Source: Candidatus Krumholzibacteriota bacterium
GTDB taxonomy: Bacteria > Krumholzibacteriota > Krumholzibacteriia > LZORAL124-64-63
NCBI GenBank assembly: GCA_039714075.1
Contig: JBDLKA010000005.1
Location: 1 to 64,000, forward strand
DNA length: 64,000 nucleotides
Reading direction: 5' to 3'
Shown here: piece by piece, positions 17,888 through 27,484 of the stretch
Layout: each line of letters opens with the position of its first letter
How positions within the stretch are numbered: position 1 is the first letter of the stretch
Position numbers and translations under genes: made by a program
The notes under the pieces: generated by a model
The model's database searches: none
What the model saw: the letters and a program-made list of their open reading frames with translations, nothing else
Told to the model about the DNA's origin: nothing

Positions 17888-19678
17888 TCATGAAGGAATC
17901 AATTCCCGATTCACCACGTCGGCCAGCACCTTGTCAAGGTCGGACAGGTTCAGCGGCTTGGTCAGATAGCCGTCCATGCCCGCCTGCAGACAGCGCTCGC
18001 GATCTTCCGCCGAGGCGTGGGCGGTCAAACCCACCACCGGGACGTGGATTTCCGGATCACCCTCGTGGTCACGAATGGCCTCGGTCGCCTGCAGTCCATC
18101 CATCACGGGCATCTGGACATCCATGAGAATCAGGTCGAAAGCCTTTTCCCGGAAAGCCTCCACGCCCAGCCGGCCGTTGGACGCGACGGCCACCGCATGG
18201 CCGCGTTTTTCCAGGTAACGTTGGACGAACCGGCTGTTGACCGGATTGTCCTCCACCACCAGGATACACAATTCCTCTACCGGACCATGGACCATCTTCT
18301 CGAAGTTCCGGGAATCGTCCTGGCGGGATTCCTGCTCGCTGACCATTCCCGCCAGGGCCGTGAAGGTGAATACACTGCCGACATCAAGCTGGCTGCCGAC
18401 GGTAATGTCGCCGCCCATCAACCGGGACAACTGCCGGCTGATGGTCAGTCCGAGTCCGGTGCCCCCGAATTCGCGCACGAAGGAATTGTCGGCCTGGGAA
18501 AAGGTCCCGAAGATGGTGTCCAGCTTTTCCGGGGAGATCCCGATGCCGGTATCCCTGACCACGGTCCGGACCATCAACATGCCGGCCGGGGCCGGCTCCG
18601 CGCCGACGGTGACGGAAATATTCCCCGTACGCGTGAACTTGATCGCATTGCCGAGAAGGTTGGTCAATACCTGCTTGAACCGGTTGTCGTCGATGATGAC
18701 GGCTGCGGGCACGGCATCTTCCACGTGCCAGGAAACGGGAACCTGGCAGATCCTGTTGCCCGTGGTCAGGGCTTCCACGTTGAGGGAAACCTGTCCCCGC
18801 AGATCCGTGCACCTGGGTTCGAGTTCCATGTGGCCGGCCTCGATACGGGAAAAATCGAGCAGGTCGTTGACCAGGGTCAGCAGGTTCCCCCCGGAGTAGC
18901 GGGCCAGTTCCAGGTATTCCTGCTGTTCAGGCGTCAGATCCGTGTCCAGGGCCAGTTCGGTCATGCCCAGGATTCCGTTGATGGGGGTCCGGATCTCATG
19001 GCTCATGTTGGCCAGGAAAAGGCTCTTGGCTTCGCTGGCCGCTTCGGCCTCACGCATGGCGACCGCCAGTTCCCGGGTCCTTTGTTCCAGAAGGTCGGCG
19101 GACCGGAAATCCCGCAGGATGTGCCGGTTCTGGATCCGGGTCTGGGACAGGCAATAGATCAGGTAGAGGCTGAAGATCAAGGCCATGCGGATGTTCTCGG
19201 GTTGCGGCAGGGTGCTCGCGGCGATAACCGGCAGGCCGAGGATGATGCCCAGGTAGGGAATGATGGTCCGGGAATCGGCGCTCATGGCGCTGATGCCCCC
19301 GGAAGCCAGGCCGGTGGTCACCAGCATGGTCAAAAGCATTTCCCAGCCCAGTCCGAATGTCCGCGCCACCAGGATCGTGAACAATCCCCAGGTGACCGCA
19401 AATACCATGGTGGAGGCCAGGAACATGCCGGCCCACAGGGAGGGGTTGGCTTGATAATCGGTATCGAAGCGGCGGCTCAACCGTTTTCGCACCCAGCCGG
19501 TGGCCAGGTTCACAGAGACGATGACGGCCACGGAAACCGGTTCTATTTCCCACAGTCCGGTCAGGCCGACCACCAGGACCGTGAAGGCCGCATAGGCGAA
19601 AGAACCGGGAGCGCCGCGCCGCGCCAACAGACGGGCGATCCTGACATCTTTTCCGGCTTCCGTGCCTGAGGTCATCAT
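17888..19678 (-). CDS. Hybrid sensor histidine kinase/response regulator (multi-TM sensor)
   Basis: [38 protein letters not shown] and receiver [12 protein letters not shown]. Exact start (19678/19675/19690) uncertain. Confidence 0.95.
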   Translation of the reverse strand: MMTSGTEAGKDVRIARLLARRGAPGSFAYAAFTVLVVGLTGLWEIEPVSVAVIVSVNLATGWVRKRLSRRFDTDYQANPSLWAGMFLASTMVFAVTWGLFTILVARTFGLGWEMLLTMLVTTGLASGGISAMSADSRTIIPYLGIILGLPVIAASTLPQPENIRMALIFSLYLIYCLSQTRIQNRHILRDFRSADLLEQRTRELAVAMREAEAASEAKSLFLANMSHEIRTPINGILGMTELALDTDLTPEQQEYLELARYSGGNLLTLVNDLLDFSRIEAGHMELEPRCTDLRGQVSLNVEALTTGNRICQVPVSWHVEDAVPAAVIIDDNRFKQVLTNLLGNAIKFTRTGNISVTVGAEPAPAGMLMVRTVVRDTGIGISPEKLDTIFGTFSQADNSFVREFGGTGLGLTISRQLSRLMGGDITVGSQLDVGSVFTFTALAGMVSEQESRQDDSRNFEKMVHGPVEELCILVVEDNPVNSRFVQRYLEKRGHAVAVASNGRLGVEAFREKAFDLILMDVQMPVMDGLQATEAIRDHEGDPEIHVPVVGLTAHASAEDRERCLQAGMDGYLTKPLNLSDLDKVLADVVNRELIPS

Positions 19679-19786
19679 GACTCCGACCAATACGTGGGGA
19701 ATCTACACTTAGGGGCTGGTATCCGGATCGGCAGAAAACCGTCAAACTGTATGAAAAATTGACAGATCCCACACAAAAGAAGTCTC

Positions 19787-20773
19787 TTATGCGATGGGGA
19801 TATCCGGCTGCTCCGGCAGGACGAGGCGCCCGGTGGTCACCGGATCGGGGCCGTCACTCATTGTCAGGGCCAGGTCCGTCCCGATGGCGGTGACCCGGCC
19901 GCGCCTGACCGGATCGTCGGCATGTTCGTCCGGCCATACTTCACAATCCCGGCCCAAAACCAGGGAAAAGGACCGGTAATCCCGCAGCAAGGGACCGGGG
20001 CCCCTGGTCTCCAAATCCTCGAACCTTTCCGCCAGCGCGGTGAGAACATGGGTCAAAACCATGGTCAATCCATCCTCCGGCAACCGGAGGTGGTCGTTCA
20101 GGGCCGTCACCGCGGGCGTGAAGGGAGTGGGCGCAACCTCGGGCGCATGCTCCACATTCAAACCGATACCCAGGACGGCGGACGTGATCCTTCCCTCCTG
20201 CGACCTGACCGATGACAACACTCCGCCGAGTTTACGTCCATCGACCAGGATGTCGTTGACCCATTTGATACCGGGATCTTTCAGGCGGCGGGCCGAACCA
20301 TCCAGCCGCAGCAGGGCGTCCATCACCGCAACGGCGGGCAGCATGGTCAGGGCCAGGCCGGTGTCTGCGGCATCAAGGTTGCAGCGCAGGCCGACGCTGA
20401 GGTGGAGATTTCCCGCTTCGGCCGCCCAGGCGCGGCCATGCTGTCCGTGAAACCCGTCTCCGGCAAGGGCGAGGCATACCACATGGCCCGGCAGGTCCCG
20501 CCGTTCTGAAATGACGCGGCGCAGGACATCGTACTGGGAAACCGGGGCCCGGTGAACGAGGTGGAAGGAAGACCAGAAATCACTGCGGTCAAAAACCGGA
20601 TGCGGGCAGGTCGTGTCCCCCCGGTCCCGGGCATCCGACAATGTGGTCCACAACGCGGCATTGAAGGCAGAGCCGGATGAACCGTCATCCCGGCGGTCCC
20701 CCGACTGCGGAGACGGGGGCACGAATCCCGGGAGATATCTATCAAATTCCTGTGGATTTTCGACCAGAAGCAT
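19787..20773 (-). CDS. Biotin-protein ligase (BirA)-like protein, no HTH, divergent motifs
   Basis: GNLHLS, IKWVNDILVDGRKLGGVL, GIGLNV and a C-terminal SH3-like GRVTAIGTDLAL. Confidence 0.8.
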   Translation of the reverse strand: MLLVENPQEFDRYLPGFVPPSPQSGDRRDDGSSGSAFNAALWTTLSDARDRGDTTCPHPVFDRSDFWSSFHLVHRAPVSQYDVLRRVISERRDLPGHVVCLALAGDGFHGQHGRAWAAEAGNLHLSVGLRCNLDAADTGLALTMLPAVAVMDALLRLDGSARRLKDPGIKWVNDILVDGRKLGGVLSSVRSQEGRITSAVLGIGLNVEHAPEVAPTPFTPAVTALNDHLRLPEDGLTMVLTHVLTALAERFEDLETRGPGPLLRDYRSFSLVLGRDCEVWPDEHADDPVRRGRVTAIGTDLALTMSDGPDPVTTGRLVLPEQPDIPIA

Positions 20774-20960
20774 AATTCCTCACTTGGTGGTTATCTGACC
20801 CAATATGATCCACTTTTGCCTGAATGAAAAGGCCTTTGCACCCCCCAAGCCCTGTGCTACGGTCGGCCCGTCAAAGTAACCGGATACCTTCGGGTCGCGG
20901 TGTGTCTGAGGCAGGCAAGTGACCGACTCGGGTCTGATTACGCAATGCAGAGGAGGCGAA

Positions 20961-22262
20961 ATGCAGAAAAGGATTACCTGCACCCTGTTGGTTGCGGGAT
21001 TGCTGGTTCTCGGCTCGGGTTCGGCCCTGGCCACTGGATTCAGCATCTACGAAGCCGGCTCCAAGGCCACCGCTCTCGGTTGTGCGTTCACCGCCACGGC
21101 GGATGACGGTTCGGCCCTGTTCTACAACGCGGCGGGATTGTCGTTCATGACTGGTTCCCGGGTGGAGGCGAATGCGGTTTTTGTGGCTCCCAAGTTCTCT
21201 TTCAATGGAAAATTGAGCCCGGCCGATGCCACAGCCTCGACGGGTGAAGCGGAAAACAAGGTCTACCCCGTTCCGGGCGTCTACTACACCAACAATCCCG
21301 GTGGTAAACTGGCTTTCGGAATCGGTGTCTATGCCCCCTTCGGCCTCGGCGTGGTCTGGGATGACGGCGCCAACTGGATCGGCCGCCGGGTCAGCCACGA
21401 TGTGCAGATCGAGACCGTCTACGTGACGCCTGCACTTTCCTTCAAGGTGACCGACAACTTCGCCATTGCCGCGGGTGTCGATGTCGCCCACCAGAACCTG
21501 GAGCTCAAGAAGTACACTCCGGAATCCGTCACGGGCACAAACGCCATTCACACGACAATCAAGGGGTCGAGCTCGATCAACCTCACCCCTTCGCTGGGCT
21601 TGATGTACCGGCCCACCGAGAAACTGTCGTTGGGCGCCATGTACCACTTCAAGAAAACCATGAAATTCGACGACGGCGATGCCACCCTGGATCCTCTGAA
21701 TACGTTTGGCAGCGTGGTGGTGTCCAACCTCGGCGGCTCGGATCATAACCTGTCGTCCGACCTGAACCTGCCCGACATCATGTCCCTGGGAGCCGCCTAC
21801 CGTTTCGGGGATAAGTTCAAGGCCGAGTTCAACTACGTCCGGTTCGGTTGGAGCGCTTTCGACAAGCTGGCGCTGAACTTCGAAAACGATCTCCTGGACC
21901 AGACCATCCACTTCAACTACGAGGATTCCTGGCAGCTCCGCTTCGGCTTCGACTACCAGGCCAACGAGAAGTGGAACCTCATGGCTGGATACGTGCGCGA
22001 CACGACTCCCCAGCCCCTGGAAGCGGTCAGTCCCCTGCTGCCGGACAGCGATCGCAACGACTACTCGTTCGGCGCCCTGTACAAGTCGGGGAACTGGGAT
22101 TTCAGCGTCAGTTACATGGTGGTCGTCGGCGAAGAGCGGACCAACATCGAAAACGGTGAACCGGTCCGCCCTACGGATGAATCCGGAAATTCCGATTATC
22201 CGTTCGGTACCTACAAATCCCTGGCCAACCTGTTCGGGTTCGGCGTGGGCTACAACTTCTAG
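20961..22262 (+). CDS. FadL/OmpP1 family outer-membrane long-chain fatty acid transporter
   Basis: Signal peptide, TGFSIYE, ADDGSALFYNAAGL, YAPFGL, LPDSDR and a terminal Phe; AGGAGG RBS. Confidence 0.93.
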   Translation: MQKRITCTLLVAGLLVLGSGSALATGFSIYEAGSKATALGCAFTATADDGSALFYNAAGLSFMTGSRVEANAVFVAPKFSFNGKLSPADATASTGEAENKVYPVPGVYYTNNPGGKLAFGIGVYAPFGLGVVWDDGANWIGRRVSHDVQIETVYVTPALSFKVTDNFAIAAGVDVAHQNLELKKYTPESVTGTNAIHTTIKGSSSINLTPSLGLMYRPTEKLSLGAMYHFKKTMKFDDGDATLDPLNTFGSVVVSNLGGSDHNLSSDLNLPDIMSLGAAYRFGDKFKAEFNYVRFGWSAFDKLALNFENDLLDQTIHFNYEDSWQLRFGFDYQANEKWNLMAGYVRDTTPQPLEAVSPLLPDSDRNDYSFGALYKSGNWDFSVSYMVVVGEERTNIENGEPVRPTDESGNSDYPFGTYKSLANLFGFGVGYNF

Positions 22263-22277
22263 AAGGAGGTGCAGGAA

Positions 22278-23729
22278 ATGAAGAAACTCATCGCATCAAT
22301 TTCAATGTTGGGGATCCTGCTGGCTCTCCTGCTGGCTGGATGTTCGCTGGATGCTCCGTCGGATCCCACGGGCCAGGTCCCCCCTCCCACTCCGGATGAC
22401 GCCAACACGCCCTACGCGGCGATTGGCAACAGCCTGACCGCCGGCTACATGGAATCCGGTTTGATGAAGGCCGGGCAGGCCAACAGCTACCCGATGCTCA
22501 TCGCCACCCAGATGGGCATGGCCGCCGGAACCTTCACCCAACCCTGGGTCGAAGCTCCCGGCATCGGTTCGACCAATGTGGGCGAGGGCATGGTTTCGGG
22601 CGTGCTTCACTTTAATGGCGCCTCCATCGCACCACTGGGAGTTACCCCTGATGCCGAGGTGCCCGCGCTGTTGTTGGCGGCTGCCCAACTCACCCCGTAC
22701 CACAACCTGGGTGTGCCGGGGGCCACCGTCCACGACGCCATGAACGCCTATGACGAGGACAGCAGCCAGGACGGCGTTCCCTTCTTCAACTTCATCAACC
22801 GGGTCACCCTGTTCGGCAACACCACGGTGCCGCAGACAGAGACCACCCCGGGGTATGAGACCGCTTCGATGTTCAGCCAGGCCATCGCCAATGGCCCGGC
22901 CCTGCTGACGGTCTGGATCGGCAACAACGACGCCCTGGGCGGTGCTCTCAGCGGTACCCCCGTTGTCGGGGGCAATATTACACCCCCGGAGGTTTTCGAG
23001 GGCGAGTTCCGGGCCCTGCTGCATTCCCTGGCCGGCGGGCTGGCGAAGCGGAACGGCTTTGCGGCCAAGATCGTGGTGGCCTACACCCTGGGCAATGATC
23101 TGCCGTATTTCATTCCCGTGGACCTGTTCAACCAGGTCATCGGCGGTGGCTGGCCGTGGGGTTTCGAAGAAGGCGCGGACGTCAGTCTGGTGACCTTCCC
23201 GACCCTCAGCTGGGTCCAGGACGAGGCTAATCTGGGCAGCCCCATTCCGGGCGCGGCCTCAGCCACGAGCGGAGCCGCGACCCTGACAGCCGCCGAGCTC
23301 GCAATTATCGAAGACGCCGGCACCGCTTACAACGCCAGCATGGAAACCGTTGTCGCCGAGGTGAACGCCGGCGGAATGGCCCAGTGCGTTACCTTCAACA
23401 CCAGGGAATACATATCCAACTGGTCTGCGGCGGAAAAAACCCATTTCCTGTTCCTGCTGCCTACTCTGGGGGTTGAAGGCGCCGCGAGTACGACCCTGTT
23501 CTCCCTGGACGGGATTCACCCCAACAACCGTGGTTATGGCCGCGTCGCCAACGGGTTCATTGAAACCATCAACACCGCGTGGCCCGAGGATTACGCCATT
23601 CCCCCGGTGGACGAGGGTGCATTGTCGTGGGATCCCACCTATGGTGTTCCGATTCCCGCGAAGACCTCCGCTACGGACAGCTGGATCACCCCTGAGGCAG
23701 CCCGTGTGATGGGGGCCATTTTCAGGTAG
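22278..23729 (+). CDS. SGNH/GDSL hydrolase lipoprotein
   Basis: Lipobox LLAGC, AIGNSLTAG, NLGVPGA, WIGNND, DGIHPN. Confidence 0.88.
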   Translation: MKKLIASISMLGILLALLLAGCSLDAPSDPTGQVPPPTPDDANTPYAAIGNSLTAGYMESGLMKAGQANSYPMLIATQMGMAAGTFTQPWVEAPGIGSTNVGEGMVSGVLHFNGASIAPLGVTPDAEVPALLLAAAQLTPYHNLGVPGATVHDAMNAYDEDSSQDGVPFFNFINRVTLFGNTTVPQTETTPGYETASMFSQAIANGPALLTVWIGNNDALGGALSGTPVVGGNITPPEVFEGEFRALLHSLAGGLAKRNGFAAKIVVAYTLGNDLPYFIPVDLFNQVIGGGWPWGFEEGADVSLVTFPTLSWVQDEANLGSPIPGAASATSGAATLTAAELAIIEDAGTAYNASMETVVAEVNAGGMAQCVTFNTREYISNWSAAEKTHFLFLLPTLGVEGAASTTLFSLDGIHPNNRGYGRVANGFIETINTAWPEDYAIPPVDEGALSWDPTYGVPIPAKTSATDSWITPEAARVMGAIFR

Positions 23730-23763
23730 CGTTCCAGGTCCTTGGTTTTTCACGATACTTCCC

Positions 23764-23793
23764 ACGGGGGAGCCACTAGGCTCCCCCGTTTTT
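23764..23793 (+). terminator. Rho-independent terminator
   Basis: ACGGGGGAGCC-ACTA-GGCTCCCCCGT followed by a T-run. Confidence 0.85.
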
Positions 23794-23823
23794 GAAATCC
23801 GGGTGATTTTCCTGTGCCGTCCG

Positions 23824-23852
23824 GGAACTTCTGTTGTATTTTCTTTCTCTAA
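23824..23852 (+). promoter_or_regulatory. Candidate RpoE-type promoter for the rhomboid gene
   Basis: GGAACTT-N17-TCTAA, compared with the E. coli sigmaE consensus GGAACTT-N16-TCnAA. Confidence 0.35.
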
Positions 23853-23933
23853 TCCGAATATTGCTTAACATGCCGGATGGTCCCCGGATGCAGGGTTAAT
23901 CAGCGAAGGGTCTCTCCGGAAAGGAAACACCGA

Positions 23934-24821
23934 ATGCGCGGATACCAACCAGGTGGAGGCCGGATGTCGTTCGGCGGCCGAATCATGACTCCGGCCGTCA
24001 AGGCCCTGATCATCGCCAACGCAGCCGTTTTCGTGCTGCAGACCCTGTTCGGGGGCGGCCTCACCGGCCAGGCCGGTCCGCTGACCCGTTGGCTCGCCTT
24101 CATCCCCCACGAAGCCATTTTCGGTCTGCAGGTCTGGCGCTTCTTCACCTACATGTTCCTCCACGGGGGCTTCTGGCACATCGGCTTCAACATGTTCGCC
24201 CTGTGGATGTTCGGCGCCCAGATCGAAGCCCGCTGGGGGCAGCGTAACTTCCTGATCTATTACTTCGTGTGCGGCCTGGGCGGGGCCGTCGTCTACGGGA
24301 TCTTCAAACTGTTCGGGATGGAGACCTTCGTCCCCATGATCGGCGCCTCGGGCGCGGTCATGGGCATTCTGCTGGCCTACGGGATGACCTTTCCCAATTC
24401 CATCATCCTGTTCATGTTCGTCATTCCCATGAAGGCCAAGTACTTCGTGATCCTGCTGGCGTTGATCGACCTGATGTCCATTCCCGGCGGCGGTTCGGTG
24501 GCGAACCTGGCCCACCTCGGGGGCATGCTGGCGGGGTTCATCTTCCTGAAGGCGACGATCCCCGCGCTGGGGAGCCCCCTTGGCGGCGGTGGCCCCGGTG
24601 GTCTCGGCGGCGCCTGGAAACGGTATCAGACCAAACGGAAGATGCGCGTGGTGCGGCCCGATGAGAAAAACCACGGCGGCAACGGCCGCACCGGCGGCGG
24701 CGACGAGAAGTCGCCCGACCAGAAACGCATCGACCTCATTCTCGACAAGATTTCCCGCGAAGGCCTGCAGAGCCTGACCGACGAGGAGCAGGAAATCCTG
24801 CGCCGCGCCGGCCGCAAATAG
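23934..24821 (+). CDS. Rhomboid intramembrane serine protease with a C-terminal soluble domain
   Basis: WRFFTYMFLHGG, HIGFNM, GASG (Ser), AHLGG (His) and tail IDLILDKISREGLQSLT. Confidence 0.95.
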   Translation: MRGYQPGGGRMSFGGRIMTPAVKALIIANAAVFVLQTLFGGGLTGQAGPLTRWLAFIPHEAIFGLQVWRFFTYMFLHGGFWHIGFNMFALWMFGAQIEARWGQRNFLIYYFVCGLGGAVVYGIFKLFGMETFVPMIGASGAVMGILLAYGMTFPNSIILFMFVIPMKAKYFVILLALIDLMSIPGGGSVANLAHLGGMLAGFIFLKATIPALGSPLGGGGPGGLGGAWKRYQTKRKMRVVRPDEKNHGGNGRTGGGDEKSPDQKRIDLILDKISREGLQSLTDEEQEILRRAGRK

Positions 24822-24832
24822 TTGCGGGCGCC

Positions 24833-25789
24833 ATGGATCCCAACCACACCATTGATCTGAGCATCATCATCGTCAACTGGAACACGCGGGACATGCTGCG
24901 TGATTGTCTGGCCTCGCTGCCGGCGGCCACCGAAGGCCTGGCGACCGAGATCCTGGTGGTGGACAACGCCTCGGGCGACGAATCCGCCGCCATGGTCGCT
25001 CAGGAATTCCCAGGGGCCATGCTTATCGAATCAGGTGGAAATCTGGGCTTCAGTCGGGGGAATAATCTGGCGCTGGAACGGGCCCAGGGTGACGGAATCC
25101 TGCTGCTGAACCCCGACACCATCTGTCCCCCCGCCTCGCTGGTTCGCCTGTTCCGGTTCATGAACGGCCACCAGAACGTGGGCGCTGTCGGGCCCCGATT
25201 GGTCGACGGCGAAAGCCGCCCCACCATTTCCGGAGGGTACTTTCCCCGGACGCGTTACCATTGGTTGGGCGTTTTGGATCCGTGGCGCCTGTGGTTGAGG
25301 GGTTCTCTTTCCCAGCGAATCGTATTCATTCCGGAGCGTCAGGAGGCCTCCCGTCCCGTGGAGTACATAATGGGCGCCTGTTTTCTCATGCCCCGGCATG
25401 CCCTGGAAAAGGTCGGCCCGCTGGATGACCGGTTTTTCATGTATTTCGAGGAGACCGACTGGTGCTACCGGGCCCGGCAGGCCGGGTTGGAAGTCTGGTA
25501 TTGTGCGGAAACGGAGATCACCCATCTCGAGGGGAAGGCCGCCGAAATGGTCAGCCGGTTCAGCATCCTGCAATTCCAGAAAAGCTACCGGTTGTTCGTC
25601 GCCAAACATTACGGCAATGCGGCGGTCTGGGGTTTCCGGTTGGCCCAGTTCGCGGAATACGGTTTGAAATCCCTGCTGCGGCGCCTGGCCCCTGGGAACC
25701 GTCTCCGCAACCGGGCCCTGGCTGAAAATTTCGCCCTCCGTGCCCGCCTCCAACTCAAGTCCCGCATCGAGGTCACCCCCCCTTCCTAG
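24833..25789 (+). CDS. Glycosyltransferase family 2
   Basis: IIIVNWN, VVDNASGD, NLGFSRGNN, LLNPD, FFMYFEETDWC. Confidence 0.95.
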   Translation: MDPNHTIDLSIIIVNWNTRDMLRDCLASLPAATEGLATEILVVDNASGDESAAMVAQEFPGAMLIESGGNLGFSRGNNLALERAQGDGILLLNPDTICPPASLVRLFRFMNGHQNVGAVGPRLVDGESRPTISGGYFPRTRYHWLGVLDPWRLWLRGSLSQRIVFIPERQEASRPVEYIMGACFLMPRHALEKVGPLDDRFFMYFEETDWCYRARQAGLEVWYCAETEITHLEGKAAEMVSRFSILQFQKSYRLFVAKHYGNAAVWGFRLAQFAEYGLKSLLRRLAPGNRLRNRALAENFALRARLQLKSRIEVTPPS

Positions 25790-25820
25790 GGGGAGAGGGC
25801 GCGGAGCGGCGAGCCCCGGC

Positions 25821-25908
25821 AGGCGCTGCCTGTAAGCAAAGGGCCGGGATAATCCGCAGGGGCGAAGCCCTGAGGACATTCCCGGCCCTTTGCTTACAGG
25901 CAGCGCCT
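25821..25908. repeat. Long intergenic inverted repeat (REPIN/MITE-like)
   Basis: Perfect 29-bp arms at 25821-25849 and 25880-25908 around a 30-bp spacer containing GCGAAGC; lies between convergent genes. Confidence 0.85.
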
Positions 25909-27457
25909 ACCGGCGCCCCCCACCCCTCGCCTTCTTCTCGAACTCGGCAATCAGATCCACCCCTGAACCCAGGGAGATGATCCGGAACTCCTCCACGTGG
26001 AGAGAGGCGTCGTCCAGCACGTTCAACTCCAGGTCGAAGGTCCGGCACAGCTCCCGGAACTGTTCCGGACGTGCTTCCAGAAGGTACAGCGCCAACACGG
26101 GATTGGCCTGGATCTGCAGGCGCTTCTCGTGGGTGACGATGGCGATCCGGTGCACCAACCGCTCGATGCGGTTGCTCATGGTCTCCATCGACAAGACCTT
26201 GCCCGTGCCCGAGCAGTAGGGGCAGTCGTCCGACAGCTGGGACAGCAGGGAAGGCCGCACGCGCTGACGGCTCATCTCCACCAGCCCCAGGCCGCTGACC
26301 TGGAAGACCTTGTGGCGGGCGCGGTCGCGCTTCAGGTGGTGCCGCAGCTCGTTGAACACCCGCTTCTTGTTGCCTTCGTTCTCCATGTCGATGAAGTCGA
26401 TGACGATGATGCCGCCGAAATCCCGCAGTCGCAGCTGCCGGGCGACCTCGCGGGCGGCCAGCATGTTGGTCTGCAGGATGGTCTCTTCCTGGTTGCGCCG
26501 GCCGGTGAAGCGGCCGGTGTTCACGTCGATGGACACCAGGGCCTCGGTGGGCTCGATGATCAGGTAGCCGCCCTTCTTCATCCAGACGCGCTTGTCCAGG
26601 GTGCGCTTGATTTCGGCCTCGATCTCGAACTGGTCGAAAATGGGCAGGTCGCCCTTGTAGTACTCGATCCGGTTCTTCAGCTCGGGGGCGAAATTCTTCA
26701 CGTAGGTGCTCAGGCGGTTGTAGTCGTCCTTGTCGTCGATGAGCAGGCGTGCCGTGTCTTCCTTGAAGATGTCGCGAATCAGGGCCACGACCAGACCCAC
26801 GTCCTCGTGCACCAGGGCGGGAGCTTCCACTTCCTTGCCGTTGGACTTGATCTTGTTCAATAGATCACTGAGGTAGTTCACATCCGATTTGAGGGCGTCC
26901 TCGGTAACTGCGGTGGCAGCGGTGCGGATTATGAAGGCGCCTTCGTCCGAGCGGTGTTTCTGCAGCAGCTGCTTGAGGCGGACCCTTTCGCGGCGGTCGT
27001 CGATCTTGCGGGATACCCCGATATGGCGCCCCTTGGGCATCATGACCAGGTAGCGTCCGGGCAGGCTGATGTCCGCGGTCAGCCGCGGACCCTTGGTGCT
27101 GATGGGCTCCTTGGTGACCTGGACGAGGATTTCGTCCCCCACCTTGAGCACCGTCCCGATGTCGGGAATCTGACGGTGGCGGCGGCGGCCGCCACGGCCA
27201 CCGGAGCTGCTTTCTTCCTCTTCACTGTCGTCGTGATCAAGATCCGAAGCGTGCAGGAACCCCGCCCGCTCCATGCCGATTTCGATGAAGGCGGCCTGCA
27301 GGCCGGGTTTGACCGAGGAAACCTTGCCCTTGTAGATGTTGCCGACGATCCGTTTGGAGTCGGCCCCCTCGACGATCAATTCCACCAGTTCGCCGTCTTC
27401 GAGCATGGCGATGCGGATCTCGTGAGGAGACGAGTTGATGACCATTTCTTTTTTCAT
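25907..27457 (-). CDS. rng: Rne/Rng family ribonuclease (RNase G-like)
   Basis: S1 domain GNIYKGKV...LQAAFI, KGPRLT, IDVNTG, GGIIVIDFIDM and a CPYC Zn-link. Confidence 0.95.
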   Translation of the reverse strand: MKKEMVINSSPHEIRIAMLEDGELVELIVEGADSKRIVGNIYKGKVSSVKPGLQAAFIEIGMERAGFLHASDLDHDDSEEEESSSGGRGGRRRHRQIPDIGTVLKVGDEILVQVTKEPISTKGPRLTADISLPGRYLVMMPKGRHIGVSRKIDDRRERVRLKQLLQKHRSDEGAFIIRTAATAVTEDALKSDVNYLSDLLNKIKSNGKEVEAPALVHEDVGLVVALIRDIFKEDTARLLIDDKDDYNRLSTYVKNFAPELKNRIEYYKGDLPIFDQFEIEAEIKRTLDKRVWMKKGGYLIIEPTEALVSIDVNTGRFTGRRNQEETILQTNMLAAREVARQLRLRDFGGIIVIDFIDMENEGNKKRVFNELRHHLKRDRARHKVFQVSGLGLVEMSRQRVRPSLLSQLSDDCPYCSGTGKVLSMETMSNRIERLVHRIAIVTHEKRLQIQANPVLALYLLEARPEQFRELCRTFDLELNVLDDASLHVEEFRIISLGSGVDLIAEFEKKARGGGRR

Positions 27458-27484
27458 AGACAACCAACCGTTGCCGCCCGGGGA

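Noticed and set aside
20860..20960. Possible riboswitch in the fadL leader
   Set aside because: Some short complementary segments are present, but I see no recognisable aptamer consensus or expression platform.
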